Assembly: GCA_937124965.1 (NCBI GenBank)
Contig: CAKZLB010000067.1
Location: forward strand, 171,455-235,454
Direction of reading: 5' to 3'
Origin: an uncultured Bacteroidota bacterium
GTDB taxonomy: Bacteria; Bacteroidota; Bacteroidia; NS11-12g; UBA9320
DNA length: 64,000 nt
In this document: positions 1-9,469 of the stretch, in pieces
Layout: each line of letters opens with the position of its first letter
Position numbering within the stretch: the stretch's first letter is position 1
Notes under the pieces: generated by a model
What the model saw: only the letters and a program-made list of their open reading frames with translations
What the model was told of the DNA's origin: nothing
Databases searched by the model: none
Translations under genes and position numbers: made by a program

Positions 1-156
1 AATACCACGTTCACGTTCAAGGTCCATATCATCGAGCACTTGTGCCTTTAAGTCACGATCAGAAACGGTCTTCGTTTCTTGCAACAAACGATCAGCCAAG
101 GTACTTTTTCCATGGTCAATGTGAGCAATAATGCAAAAGTTACGGATGTTCTTCAT
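1..156 (-). CDS. lepA: Elongation factor 4 (LepA), N-terminal 52 codons; gene runs off the window start
   Basis: Reverse complement of 1-156 reads [52 protein letters not shown]. This carries the translational GTPase G1 motif AHIDHGKST in the typical LepA N-terminus. It is absent from the ORF track because it is truncated. Confidence 0.85.
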   Translation of the reverse strand, partial: MKNIRNFCIIAHIDHGKSTLADRLLQETKTVSDRDLKAQVLDDMDLERERGI

Positions 157-281
157 TCGGCGGCAAAGATATTATTTATGTTGAAGTTGAAGCACTCATA
201 AAACTTGAATAATTTACGCGATTTTACACAATACAGAAGTTTATGTAATTGCAAATTGTGTTTTATCCGTAAACTTGCAGC

Positions 282-1070
282 ATGTATGAATTCCATGGAG
301 ATATGCAGCGATACCACGATATGACTCGTGAGGTGACTGAGAATTATGTCATACCCTTTGTTGCAGATTCGTTGGACATTTCTACTAAGCTTCATGTGCT
401 TGAGATCGGCAGTGGCGAAGCAGGAGTTTTGAGTGCCTTTACAAAGCGTGGTGATCAATGCGTGGGGATTGAGCTAAGTCTAGAGCGTGTAAAACGAGCT
501 GAAAACTTAATGAAGAAAGAAGTGGCTTCTGGTCAGATATCATTCATTGCCCAAGATATTTACGACATTGATCCTGAGTCGTTTCAACCAAAGTTTGACC
601 TTATTATTCTTAAAGATGTGATCGAGCATATTCATCAACAAGAAAAGATTATGGTTCGATTAAAGAAATTTTTAGCACCAGGCGGTGTAATTTTCTTTGG
701 TTTTCCTCCATGGTATATGCCGTATGGTGGACATCAGCAAGTTGCGAAATCTAAGATTGGCAGCAAGCTTCCGTTTTATCATATTTTGCCGAGATCACTT
801 TATAAAATGATTTTAAAAGCATTTGGCGAGTCGGAAGAAATGATTGAAGGCTTACTTGAAATTAAGGATACTGGAATTTCTATCGAACGATTCGAACGAA
901 TCTCCAAGTCGGCTGGATTCAAAATCGATAAATCCACATTCTTTTTATTCAACCCAATTTATCAATACAAATTTGGGGTAAAGCCACGGAAGCAATTAGG
1001 CTTGATAAATTACATTCCGTTTTTTAGGAATTTTGTAACGACTTGTGCGTATTACTCGTTGAAAGTTTAA
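282..1070 (+). CDS. Class I SAM-dependent methyltransferase
   Basis: 262-aa ORF with an ATG start. It has the Rossmann motif I VLEIGSGEAGVL, the acidic loop GIELS, and DLIILKDVIEHI typical of Methyltransf_11/23-like enzymes. Confidence 0.75.
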   Translation: MYEFHGDMQRYHDMTREVTENYVIPFVADSLDISTKLHVLEIGSGEAGVLSAFTKRGDQCVGIELSLERVKRAENLMKKEVASGQISFIAQDIYDIDPESFQPKFDLIILKDVIEHIHQQEKIMVRLKKFLAPGGVIFFGFPPWYMPYGGHQQVAKSKIGSKLPFYHILPRSLYKMILKAFGESEEMIEGLLEIKDTGISIERFERISKSAGFKIDKSTFFLFNPIYQYKFGVKPRKQLGLINYIPFFRNFVTTCAYYSLKV

Positions 1071-1117
1071 GTCTAAAACTAAGTTTAAGCTTAAACTTAG
1101 ACTTAAACTTAGACTTA
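1064..1117. repeat. Imperfect inverted repeat with a 22-bp perfect palindromic core; possible terminator of the methyltransferase gene
   Basis: CTAAGTTTAAGCTTAAACTTAG (1079-1100) is its own reverse complement. The flanks pair imperfectly. The right arm carries two tandem AAACTTAGACTT 12-mers (1093-1116). The structure starts at the stop codon at 1068-1070. There is no clear U-run. Confidence 0.4.
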
Positions 1118-1266
1118 CCCAATTTGTCATCTACAGAAGGTCTCTATTAATGTGTTGTGAGCAGGTGATGTAAAACACGTATATTAGTTTTTTGGAAGAA
1201 AAAGAATTTTTATGCTTTAACCGCTAACAGACGTGTTCTCCCTAAGTCGCTCTGTTGAGAAAGAGA

Positions 1267-2262
1267 ATGCGCTTAAATAGTTTTACTAAAAATTCAAACC
1301 TTCTACTAAAATATTTAAACATGACAATTATTTCAATTGGTTTGGGGTTCGTCCTTATCTTTCTCATTTTGAGTTTGATGGTTTCTGGAATATTAGATTT
1401 CATCTCTAAATTCTTATCTCTTAAAAGTACGTACTTATGGGAGGGAATCAAAAATATGTTAGGTTCAAAAGTCACTCAAAAAGATGTTGATTCTGCAGCA
1501 ATAGATTTAGTCACAAAATTTGAATCACATCACCTTATGTCTAGTGCTTCTATACCTCATGCGAAGTCGAAAAGCCAAGGAAAGCCAAACTATTTAGAAG
1601 CGGAATCATTTTCTACCATTCTTATTCATATTTTAGATGGTACAGACTTAAAAAGTTTATCTGAAACTATAACTAGGTTGCCAACAAGTGAACTAAAAAG
1701 CTTTCTTGAAAAAACGACAAACAAAGCAGGTTCGAACTTAGAAACAGTTAAGACGGATGTTAAAAACTGGTACAATGAAGTTATGACTCAGGTTTCTGCA
1801 GCATACAAACTCCGAATCAAGAAGATTGGTTTAGTTGTATCGATTGCATTGGTCATTGGTTTTAACGCTGACTCGTTTAGCATATATAACCGTATATCTA
1901 AGAATAGTATTACCACCAGCAATGCGTCTCAAATTATTGAAATGGCTACTTCATTTTCTAAATCAGACACCTATTTAGGACTTGTAAGTGGTCAAGATTC
2001 AACAAGAGGAGAACAAACTGAAAATGGAAATTTTACAAACAGCGTTGAATCAGCAACTAAGTTAGAGTCTCTTTTGGAATCTATGACAAATAATTATTCG
2101 CCTCTGGGGGTAGGTTGGACGAGTTCTGAATGGAAGGCAACAATATCTGGCGGCTTTATGAGTGTCTTAATCAAGTTGCTGGGTTTTGCTTTAACTATTG
2201 TAGCTATTTCAATGGGCGCACCATTTTGGTACGATGTTTTGAAAAAAATTACAAGGACTTAG
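1267..2262 (+). CDS. Hypothetical integral membrane protein
   Basis: The ORF track start at 1255 is TTG; the first ATG is at 1267 and an alternative ATG at 1321 opens directly into the TM helix MTIISIGLGFVLIFLILSLMVSGIL. There is a second TM (IGLVVSIALVIGF) and a C-terminal TM (LIKLLGFALTIVAISMGAPFWYDVL). I recognise no family with a known function. Confidence 0.5.
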   Translation: MRLNSFTKNSNLLLKYLNMTIISIGLGFVLIFLILSLMVSGILDFISKFLSLKSTYLWEGIKNMLGSKVTQKDVDSAAIDLVTKFESHHLMSSASIPHAKSKSQGKPNYLEAESFSTILIHILDGTDLKSLSETITRLPTSELKSFLEKTTNKAGSNLETVKTDVKNWYNEVMTQVSAAYKLRIKKIGLVVSIALVIGFNADSFSIYNRISKNSITTSNASQIIEMATSFSKSDTYLGLVSGQDSTRGEQTENGNFTNSVESATKLESLLESMTNNYSPLGVGWTSSEWKATISGGFMSVLIKLLGFALTIVAISMGAPFWYDVLKKITRT

Positions 2263-2290
2263 AATCGACTAAAACACAACACCCGTTTTT

Positions 2291-4021
2291 CTATGAAAGG
2301 TTTTCCTCACTGTGAATTGGATCAACAAAGTACATCTCAACCTCTCCTTTACCTTTAGCCGATAACTTCCCGCGATGCGTAAAAGTGTATTTATCGTGTA
2401 AAAGTTTATACGTGTTCTGGCTTACGTTAATTTTTCCAGGTTCACTGTTTTGCTCCATACGAGCTGCGAGGTTAACCGTGTCTCCCCAGATGTCGTAGGC
2501 ATATTTTTTTACTCCTACAATCCCTGCCACAACTGGTCCTGAATTAACACCTATTCGTACCTGAAACGCACCAGAGTTTTCCCGCATCCATTCTTTTATG
2601 TCAAGCGCCGCTGCCACAACCTTCGCCGCATGATTTGGGTCCTCCTTGGGTAAACCACAAACGGCCATATATGCATCGCCAATTGTTTTTATTTTCTCTA
2701 AACCGTTCTTATCAATAATCTTATCGTAAGCAGTAAAGTTCCGATGAATTTCCTTCACCAATTCCTGTGGACCAAGCTGGTCACTTATTCGGGTGAAGTT
2801 TACAAAATCAGTAAATAAAACCGTTACATGATTATATTGCTTGGCCTCGGCACTGCCCGTTGATTTAAGCTCTTCGGCAACATCTGAGGGTAAAATATTA
2901 AGCAATAATTCGTCACTTCGTTTCCGTTCCTTGTTTACTTTATTTCGTTGAATAACGACAATAATTGCAAATGCCAAAAGCCCGAAAATGCCTATAATTA
3001 AACCGTTTCTTTGGTTTGTTTTATTATTATTTTCCTTATTCAAAAAGGTTATGCGCTGTTCTTTTAGTTCAGACTGAAATTTTTGCTCCATTTCAGCAAA
3101 AGCATAAATTTTGTCTCTGTTGAATAAAGAATCTTTCAAAAGCATCGACTCCCATAAATTGTTGTAGCCTTTTTTGTATGATTTATTTTGATAATGAAAA
3201 AGTGCTGCATTCTGTTTGGCAGTTTGCATGTCATCAATGCTGCCCTTTTGCTTTGCATAATAGTAGGCCGAATCCAAATAACGGCTAATTTCTCCTTCTT
3301 CCTCAGATACGCCTGCCAAATTATTGAATATCCCGCTTATGGACCCGTACGCTTTTCGTTTTTGAGCCAATGTTAATGCCTGTTGAAAATATAATTTCGC
3401 TTGTCCAAATTTTCCTTCGTAAGCGTATGAATATCCCAAATCAGTTATAACTCGTTGTTGACGATGATAATCATCTTCATCTATAGCTAGTTTATACGCT
3501 AGTTTTAAATAATAAACTTGACTATCAAGGTCTTGACAGAGGTTACCTTTATTATTCAGCAATTCCACCAAAACCGACTTTTTATGATATGTATTCTTCC
3601 AAGTTGAGATTCCCTTCTCTATGTAATCTTTAGCCTGGCTAGGCGAGTTCATGTTGAAATAAATGCGTGCATACGCCAAGTGAATTTCAGGTAAAAGTTC
3701 GTCATTTTTACATTCTTCATTTTTAAACGCTTTTAGCGCTTCGTTTACTGAATTTAATGCGGCAGCCGACTCACCTGAAACACTTTGGAAATGACTTTTG
3801 CGTATAAGGGTTTCAATTTTTTTGCAACTAAGGCTATGTTTCTTGTAAATTACGAGTAGACTATCACCTTGGACAATCTTAGACTGATAATTTTCAAACT
3901 CTTCGGACTGGAATTCTTCTAGAATACTATCTGCCCATTGAACTTCTGTTTGACCAAATAGCTCAAATGAAAAAAACAATGTAAACCCAACAAGGAGTGT
4001 CTTTATTGTAGTTCTTTTCAC
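2291..4021 (-). CDS. TPR-repeat sensor fused through one TM helix to a class III adenylate cyclase
   Basis: GTG start, signal peptide, about 300 aa of TPR-like repeats, and a TM helix (LIIGIFGLLAFAIIVVI). The cyclase domain has metal Asp residues (FTDFVNFT, IGDAYM), adenine-specifying Lys/Asp (IKTIGD, YDIWGD), and transition-state Asn/Arg (TVNLAARME). Confidence 0.85.
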   Translation of the reverse strand: MKRTTIKTLLVGFTLFFSFELFGQTEVQWADSILEEFQSEEFENYQSKIVQGDSLLVIYKKHSLSCKKIETLIRKSHFQSVSGESAAALNSVNEALKAFKNEECKNDELLPEIHLAYARIYFNMNSPSQAKDYIEKGISTWKNTYHKKSVLVELLNNKGNLCQDLDSQVYYLKLAYKLAIDEDDYHRQQRVITDLGYSYAYEGKFGQAKLYFQQALTLAQKRKAYGSISGIFNNLAGVSEEEGEISRYLDSAYYYAKQKGSIDDMQTAKQNAALFHYQNKSYKKGYNNLWESMLLKDSLFNRDKIYAFAEMEQKFQSELKEQRITFLNKENNNKTNQRNGLIIGIFGLLAFAIIVVIQRNKVNKERKRSDELLLNILPSDVAEELKSTGSAEAKQYNHVTVLFTDFVNFTRISDQLGPQELVKEIHRNFTAYDKIIDKNGLEKIKTIGDAYMAVCGLPKEDPNHAAKVVAAALDIKEWMRENSGAFQVRIGVNSGPVVAGIVGVKKYAYDIWGDTVNLAARMEQNSEPGKINVSQNTYKLLHDKYTFTHRGKLSAKGKGEVEMYFVDPIHSEENLS

Positions 4022-4040
4022 GTTGCTATTTACCTAAGAA

Positions 4041-4973
4041 TTACCAAGGCTGAGCACCTGTTCTTGTAAATTTCCAAGTTTGCTTTTTGGCTGGATCACC
4101 TTCAGCTGCGGCAGCAGCAAGTTGAAGATGTATATTGTCAGGATTATCATTGTTCATCGTAAGATATCCGATAGAGACCCCATTAGAGTCTTTACATAAA
4201 ACTCTTACATAACCAACGCCATAATCCTCAATTGACCATTTAAAGTCTGCTTCCGTGGGTGGTGATTGGGTTTGTCCCAGTAATCCATTATTATGCATGG
4301 TTCCTTTGATATTCCATTGATGGCCAGTACTCGACAAAATCAATTGACCATCACTCATTTTTCCAGGTATCGGATTTTGATATGTAATCATATTTTGTTG
4401 TGCAATGTTTTGGGCTTCCAATATCACGTCACAATTGGAATCTTGAGGGTTTCCAACACCAAGCATTAAACCAATTCCTTCCTCGATTGACGCTTGGTTA
4501 ACTAAATGATATGGTTCACCTGGCTGAAAGCCTAAAGCTGATTTTTGAATATTCCAAACCATGACATTTGGGTTTATAACCAAGTTTGAATTAGCAGTTC
4601 CACTTACTACATTTAAGTAACCGCCCGCGGCTGGTCCGTCATTTATCTTGATGTTGTAAAATTGCCCATCTTCGCTAATTTTAAATCTGGAAGCAGCCCC
4701 AAGATCATGAGTAATTAAAACATCGTTGTCTGATTGTACCTGGATATAATGCTTTCTAGTAAAACCAGTAAAATCCTTCTCCCAAAGTGAGATAGTGGTA
4801 TTCGACAAATCATCATCTAAGTTCCATTGCTGAAGACCTACTTCTGGGTCAGAACTCTGAGCCACTTCCTTGATTACTGTATTCATCGCGGTCATACTCG
4901 TTTTAGATAGCATTAAAACGTTCCCTGAATGTTCGAATGAGATGTTGTAATTTTCGTTTGCCTGTAATGTCAT
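4041..4973 (-). CDS. Hypothetical cytoplasmic protein with two-fold internal repeat (beta-trefoil/lectin-like features); first gene of the operon with the TPR cyclase
   Basis: 310-aa ORF with an ATG start and no signal peptide, ending 20 nt upstream of the cyclase gene. The halves are parallel: FKISEDGQFYNIKINDG..GGYLNVV..NLVIN..VMVWNIQK versus FKWSIEDYGVGYVRVLCKDSNGVSIGYLTM..NIHLQL..KQTWKFTR. It has recurring (Q/H)xW-type motifs. The fold assignment is tentative. Confidence 0.55.
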   Translation of the reverse strand: MTLQANENYNISFEHSGNVLMLSKTSMTAMNTVIKEVAQSSDPEVGLQQWNLDDDLSNTTISLWEKDFTGFTRKHYIQVQSDNDVLITHDLGAASRFKISEDGQFYNIKINDGPAAGGYLNVVSGTANSNLVINPNVMVWNIQKSALGFQPGEPYHLVNQASIEEGIGLMLGVGNPQDSNCDVILEAQNIAQQNMITYQNPIPGKMSDGQLILSSTGHQWNIKGTMHNNGLLGQTQSPPTEADFKWSIEDYGVGYVRVLCKDSNGVSIGYLTMNNDNPDNIHLQLAAAAAEGDPAKKQTWKFTRTGAQPW

Positions 4974-5185
4974 ACTGATTTAGTTTTCGTTTTCATCAAA
5001 TTTATATAAAAATATGCAAACCCTTAATTGATAAGTTTTGCTCGTGCTGTGAAACAGTTATTTCGATTAATTAAACAGTTGCTTTGGCTATGAGTATCAA
5101 TCTAATTTTACAGATACAGCGCAGAGCTGATGACCTTTTGTAGTTTGAAATGCAGCGAATTCAGAATTCGAGAGGTCTTTGAAAT

Positions 5186-5296
5186 ATGAAACTAAAACTA
5201 AGCGTACTTATCATTTTTGGGTTAATGGCCTGTAATTCAGAAGTTCCATTCCCTGCACCAGCTTCACCACCGCACTTTTTTAATACATACTGTTAA
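5186..5296 (+). CDS. Possible 36-aa lipoprotein (small ORF below the track threshold)
   Basis: My translation is MKLKLSVLIIFGLMACNSEVPFPAPASPPHFFNTYC. It has a basic N-terminus, a hydrophobic core and a lipobox-like LMAC. It ends 8 nt before the next gene's ATG. There is no homology evidence. Confidence 0.3.
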   Translation: MKLKLSVLIIFGLMACNSEVPFPAPASPPHFFNTYC

Positions 5297-5303
5297 ACAA
5301 ACC

Positions 5304-6401
5304 ATGTTATACAATCAACGAATTATTGCTCAACTGTTAACGCTAATCTTCTCATTCTTTTTGAATTCCTGTACTGGTCAAATTTCAGAATCAATACCGG
5401 TAACAACTATTGTCTTGCACCAAGACAGTATAAGTGCAAGTGCAGATACCCTACCTGAGTATAGGGTTGGCGTGAATGACACGGATTATCAAGGAAATCA
5501 AATTAGTGGAGTTATTCGAACCGTTTTTCAAGACTCAAGAGGGCATTTTTGGTTTGGAACACAAAGTGGACTCTGTCGATATACTAAAGAAGGTCTTGTT
5601 TATTTTAATCTTGTAGATTGGAACAACCAGGGCGTTACCATTCATGCGATAACTGAAGATACAAATGGTAATATTTGGATAGGTTACGGTGGAGGAATTG
5701 CAAAGTATGATGGCAGCTATTTTACACTATTTCATCATAAAGATATTCTAACAAAAAGTGGTCTTTGGAGCATGGAAATGGATAGGAAGGGAATTCTTTG
5801 GATTGGCACAACTCAGGGAGCGTTTATGTTTGATGGAGAGGCACTAACACCATTTCATATTCCTGAAGGGGAACAAGATTCCACGCTTGGAATTAGCTCA
5901 ACAAAAATGATTCATTTTATACTGGAAGATAGCAAAGGTAAAATATGGTTTGCTACGAATGGCGGGGTGTATACTTATGATGGAGTTACATTAAACAATA
6001 TCTCTAAAACAGAAGGACTTCCATCCAATTTCGTGAATAAAATTGTTGAAAGCTCTGAGGGCAGTTTTTGGATATCGACGTCAAATGGACTTTCTAAATA
6101 CAATGAAAATGACCAAACGCTTGTTAATGTTTCTGAGCAACTTCTCGGCACGAATAAAGGAGTTGCATGCATAGTAGAAGACCATCAAGGAAATTTATGG
6201 TTTAGTTCAGATAAGAGAGACATTTATAACTTTGATGGAAATGAGTTTACTAAAATCGAGGTTAAAGAAGGAGATTTTAGCCCTTTTCCTTTTGAAATTT
6301 ATGAAGATCAACTAAACCGCCTTTGGTTCGTCGGGTTTAAAGGTGCTTATCGGTTAGAGAACGATTCTTTTGTTAATGTAAATAGAGACGGCCCATGGTA
6401 G
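5304..6401 (+). CDS. Two-component-regulator propeller (Reg_prop) repeat lipoprotein with no output domain
   Basis: Lipoprotein signal (FFLNSC). It has repeated Reg_prop-type blades: DSRGHFWFGTQSGLCRY, DTNGNIWIGYGGGIAKY, DRKGILWIGTTQGAFMF, DSKGKIWFATNGGVYTY, SSEGSFWISTSNGLSKY and DHQGNLWFSS. Confidence 0.75.
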   Translation: MLYNQRIIAQLLTLIFSFFLNSCTGQISESIPVTTIVLHQDSISASADTLPEYRVGVNDTDYQGNQISGVIRTVFQDSRGHFWFGTQSGLCRYTKEGLVYFNLVDWNNQGVTIHAITEDTNGNIWIGYGGGIAKYDGSYFTLFHHKDILTKSGLWSMEMDRKGILWIGTTQGAFMFDGEALTPFHIPEGEQDSTLGISSTKMIHFILEDSKGKIWFATNGGVYTYDGVTLNNISKTEGLPSNFVNKIVESSEGSFWISTSNGLSKYNENDQTLVNVSEQLLGTNKGVACIVEDHQGNLWFSSDKRDIYNFDGNEFTKIEVKEGDFSPFPFEIYEDQLNRLWFVGFKGAYRLENDSFVNVNRDGPW

Positions 6402-6460
6402 GCTATTGGTTGCTATTTGTAACTGAACAAATTAAGGTGTCTCTTGTACCTCTCAGTTTT

Positions 6461-9205
6461 TTAAATCTTTCCTTCCACAAAAAACATCTCCAACGCACCC
6501 TTTCCTTTTACCTCAACTTTGCCTCGTGAAACGCATTCGAATTCGTCTTTGATAAGATGGTATGTGTCTTCCGAAATGTTTAGTTTACCCACTTCTCCAT
6601 TTGATTCCATTCTAGCCGCGGTGTTTACAGTGTCTCCCCAAATGTCGAAAGCAAACTTTTTTAGCCCAACGACTCCTGACACTACTTTGCCACTATGTAC
6701 GCCAATACGGACTCTAAAAAATGGCTTGTTCTGCGATTCGCGTTCACGCTGATATGTCTCCATAAAATCCATAATTTCTAATGCTGCTTTGATCACTTGC
6801 TTAGGGTCATCGGTGGTATCCTGATTTAATCCTGCAGCACACATGTACGCATCTCCAATGGTTTTTACTTTCTCGATATGATATTTATCTATAATGCGGT
6901 CATATGCTTTAAAACAGTGGTCAAGTTCATGAACCAACTCTTCAGGAGACACTTGTGCCGACAACTTCGTGAAGCCCTCAAAGTCACTAAAAAGTACCGT
7001 GGCATGTTCCAACTTTTTAGCTTTGACTTCTCCAAACTGTTTAAGCTCCTCTGCTGTATCGTGCGGGAGAATGTTAAGGAGTAAGTCTTCAGAATGCTGT
7101 CGCTCTTTTTCTATTTCTATATTTTTGGATTTTAATTCCTTGTTTCTTAGTTCGAAATCTTTCCGTCTGTTATAATTGATAATGAACTTATTGATCCTCC
7201 ACGTTAGAAGTAAACCAACAGTTATTGCTAACAAGATAAACCATGTTGTTTTCCAAAAAGGATGTTTTATGTGAAAATTAAAACCAGTAGCTTCATCACT
7301 TTTTGACCCATCCGTTGCTACCGCTTTTAATTCAAACCGATATTTTCCGGGAGGTATTGCCTGAAAGGATAATTGACGCAATGACGTAGTTTTCCAATTG
7401 CTGTCGATTCCCAAAATTCTGTATTGAAATTTGGTGTTCTTACCGCTTTCAAATGCAATTCCAGAGTAATATATGTCGAGTTTGTTTTGATCGTGTGCCA
7501 ACGTATAATTATCCGCCAAAACAGTGTCTTTGTCATTTATACTTATCTGATAAACATACGCCACTGGGCGACTAGATGCTCTATAGTTTTGTAGGGAAAA
7601 GAAACTCACACCTTTGTCTGAGGCAACAAACACTTGATTATTCGCAACATAAATGTCATTAATAAAATTTGAGCGAAGGCCATCTGAGATTTTATAGACA
7701 TCAATAATTGGACTGCCGTATTGCTTTCCAATAAACTTCAATTTGTTGAGACCATTGTTGGTTCCAAACCAAACGGTTGAATCGTTCTCTTTGTATACCG
7801 CTTGACAAATATTACTTGAGAGACCTTTTTCCATGTTGATGAGATAGAAGTTGGTGTCAGCAATAACCAGTACACCTTCTCCATGGGTTCCCATCAGGAT
7901 AGCATTGTCACCTAACTTACTCATGGCCTTTACTCGACCACTGAGTAATTGGTGTTTGTTGGACCAATCTTCAATTTTTCCATTTCGATAAACCATCAAA
8001 CCCTTATTGGTGCCCAGATAAATGAAGCTTTCATTAAGAACATTCATTGAAATGGTTCGCTGATTAAAAAACTTTTCTGAATCCGTAGGATTGTCGAGGG
8101 ATACTTTGAACGCACCACTGGATGTGCCAAAATATAATGACCTTCCAAATTGGGTTAAACATTTTATACTCCCTGCGAAATGATGCAGTACATGTAAGTC
8201 TTTTCTATCTAAAACATACAGCCCTCGATCTGAGGCAACCCAAAGGTGTTTGTCCAAATGAATATCTAAAATCCTATTGTAGAGTGATTTACCTAAAACC
8301 GTTTTAATACTTTGGGTTTTACTCCACATCTGTAAAGTGCCATCGTGAAAACCTGTTAGTAGGGAAGAGTCAAGTAGATTGGCGATGCTATATACATTTT
8401 CATTATCAAGTCCGTTGTCCTTGTCGAGGTAGTTGACATAAGATCTAGAACGCATTAACACTCCGCTACCCAACGTTGTATACCATTGATTCGACTCTTT
8501 ATCAACAAGATAATCGGAAACTTCGTAACCTTCAACAGTGGGTTTTGGTGGATTTGTCACGACAAAATCGCGTTCTTCTTTTAGCTCCCCAAGTAGTGGA
8601 GAACCATTTGCCCACAAAAGAGTGTACACAAATTGTTTATTGCGAGTATGATATGTTATATGAGATTCACTTACTGAATCAACTTGTATGTTTCTATGAC
8701 GAGCATCGATTAATAAACTAACACTATCGCTATAATATGCTATTGCTTTGTCTTTGGTAGTGCCGATCCACAAACGACCTTCTACATCTTCAAAGGGAAA
8801 AGTAAACACAGAGGTAATCTCAAGGCTATCGAGAAGCTTGTCGCTTTTGCCATTATATATTATGCCGTTACTGTAATAACTCAAACGACCATTAAAAGGA
8901 AAAAACCACATTCTTCCTTTGCTGTCTTCAAATGTGTGGAAGATTTCATTATCCCCTAATCCCTCCTGTCTACCGAAATTTCGAAAGAGTACGCCGTCAA
9001 ACTTTGAAACTCCAGATTCTGTGCAAAACCAGAGAAACCCTAACTTGTCTTGATGCATACTGTAAACGGTTGAACTAATCAAACCATCTTCAACGGTATA
9101 ATTTCTATAAAATGGCTGTTGAGCAGAGAGTTGCAGTCCGCTTTGCATCAAGCAGATAAGCAATAGTACTTTTTTCCAATTCAGCTTCGGTTGAGATTTT
9201 GCCAT
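6461..9205 (-). CDS. Reg_prop beta-propeller / Y_Y_Y sensor fused through a TM helix to a class III adenylate cyclase
   Basis: 914 aa with a signal peptide and propeller blades (DKLGFLWFCTESGVSKF and others). An Ig-like Y_Y_Y region (FQYRILGIDSNWKTT) is followed by a TM helix (WFILLAITVGLLLTW). The cyclase domain carries FSDFEGFT, VKTIGDAYM, FDIWGDTVNTAARME, which are the Lys/Asp adenylate-specific residues. Confidence 0.85.
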   Translation of the reverse strand: MAKSQPKLNWKKVLLLICLMQSGLQLSAQQPFYRNYTVEDGLISSTVYSMHQDKLGFLWFCTESGVSKFDGVLFRNFGRQEGLGDNEIFHTFEDSKGRMWFFPFNGRLSYYSNGIIYNGKSDKLLDSLEITSVFTFPFEDVEGRLWIGTTKDKAIAYYSDSVSLLIDARHRNIQVDSVSESHITYHTRNKQFVYTLLWANGSPLLGELKEERDFVVTNPPKPTVEGYEVSDYLVDKESNQWYTTLGSGVLMRSRSYVNYLDKDNGLDNENVYSIANLLDSSLLTGFHDGTLQMWSKTQSIKTVLGKSLYNRILDIHLDKHLWVASDRGLYVLDRKDLHVLHHFAGSIKCLTQFGRSLYFGTSSGAFKVSLDNPTDSEKFFNQRTISMNVLNESFIYLGTNKGLMVYRNGKIEDWSNKHQLLSGRVKAMSKLGDNAILMGTHGEGVLVIADTNFYLINMEKGLSSNICQAVYKENDSTVWFGTNNGLNKLKFIGKQYGSPIIDVYKISDGLRSNFINDIYVANNQVFVASDKGVSFFSLQNYRASSRPVAYVYQISINDKDTVLADNYTLAHDQNKLDIYYSGIAFESGKNTKFQYRILGIDSNWKTTSLRQLSFQAIPPGKYRFELKAVATDGSKSDEATGFNFHIKHPFWKTTWFILLAITVGLLLTWRINKFIINYNRRKDFELRNKELKSKNIEIEKERQHSEDLLLNILPHDTAEELKQFGEVKAKKLEHATVLFSDFEGFTKLSAQVSPEELVHELDHCFKAYDRIIDKYHIEKVKTIGDAYMCAAGLNQDTTDDPKQVIKAALEIMDFMETYQRERESQNKPFFRVRIGVHSGKVVSGVVGLKKFAFDIWGDTVNTAARMESNGEVGKLNISEDTYHLIKDEFECVSRGKVEVKGKGALEMFFVEGKI

Positions 9206-9469
9206 CAGGACAAAAATATACTAAACCTTTGTTAGTCGATGAGTTGATGGCAATGTTCTAACTTAAAACCTCAGTTGTTTAATGCAAACAAGTTTGAAAT
9301 AGAAACTATAATTACGATTGTTGGAATTCCAATTATTACGCTAAATATCGTATAATTGAATTTCACAAGCATTTTGTAACCAATTCATAGTCTAGTGAAT
9401 AAGTCTTATCTACAAATACTTTTTTAGAAAAAAAATTATGCTGAAAGTGATGCTTAAAATTGGTGATTG

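Noticed and set aside
153-458. 101-aa minus-strand ORF spanning the lepA-methyltransferase spacer
   Set aside because: It overlaps the lepA start codon region and the 5' end of the well-supported methyltransferase gene on the opposite strand. It has no motifs and an odd composition.
2291-9205. Cyclase genes as a Pycsar/CBASS-like antiphage signalling system
   Set aside because: Both cyclases are large sensor-TM fusions (TPR or propeller) with canonical ATP-specifying Lys/Asp. No cNMP-binding effector (TIR, TM or nuclease) is adjacent, and the neighbours are ordinary environmental sensors. The region reads as housekeeping signal transduction.
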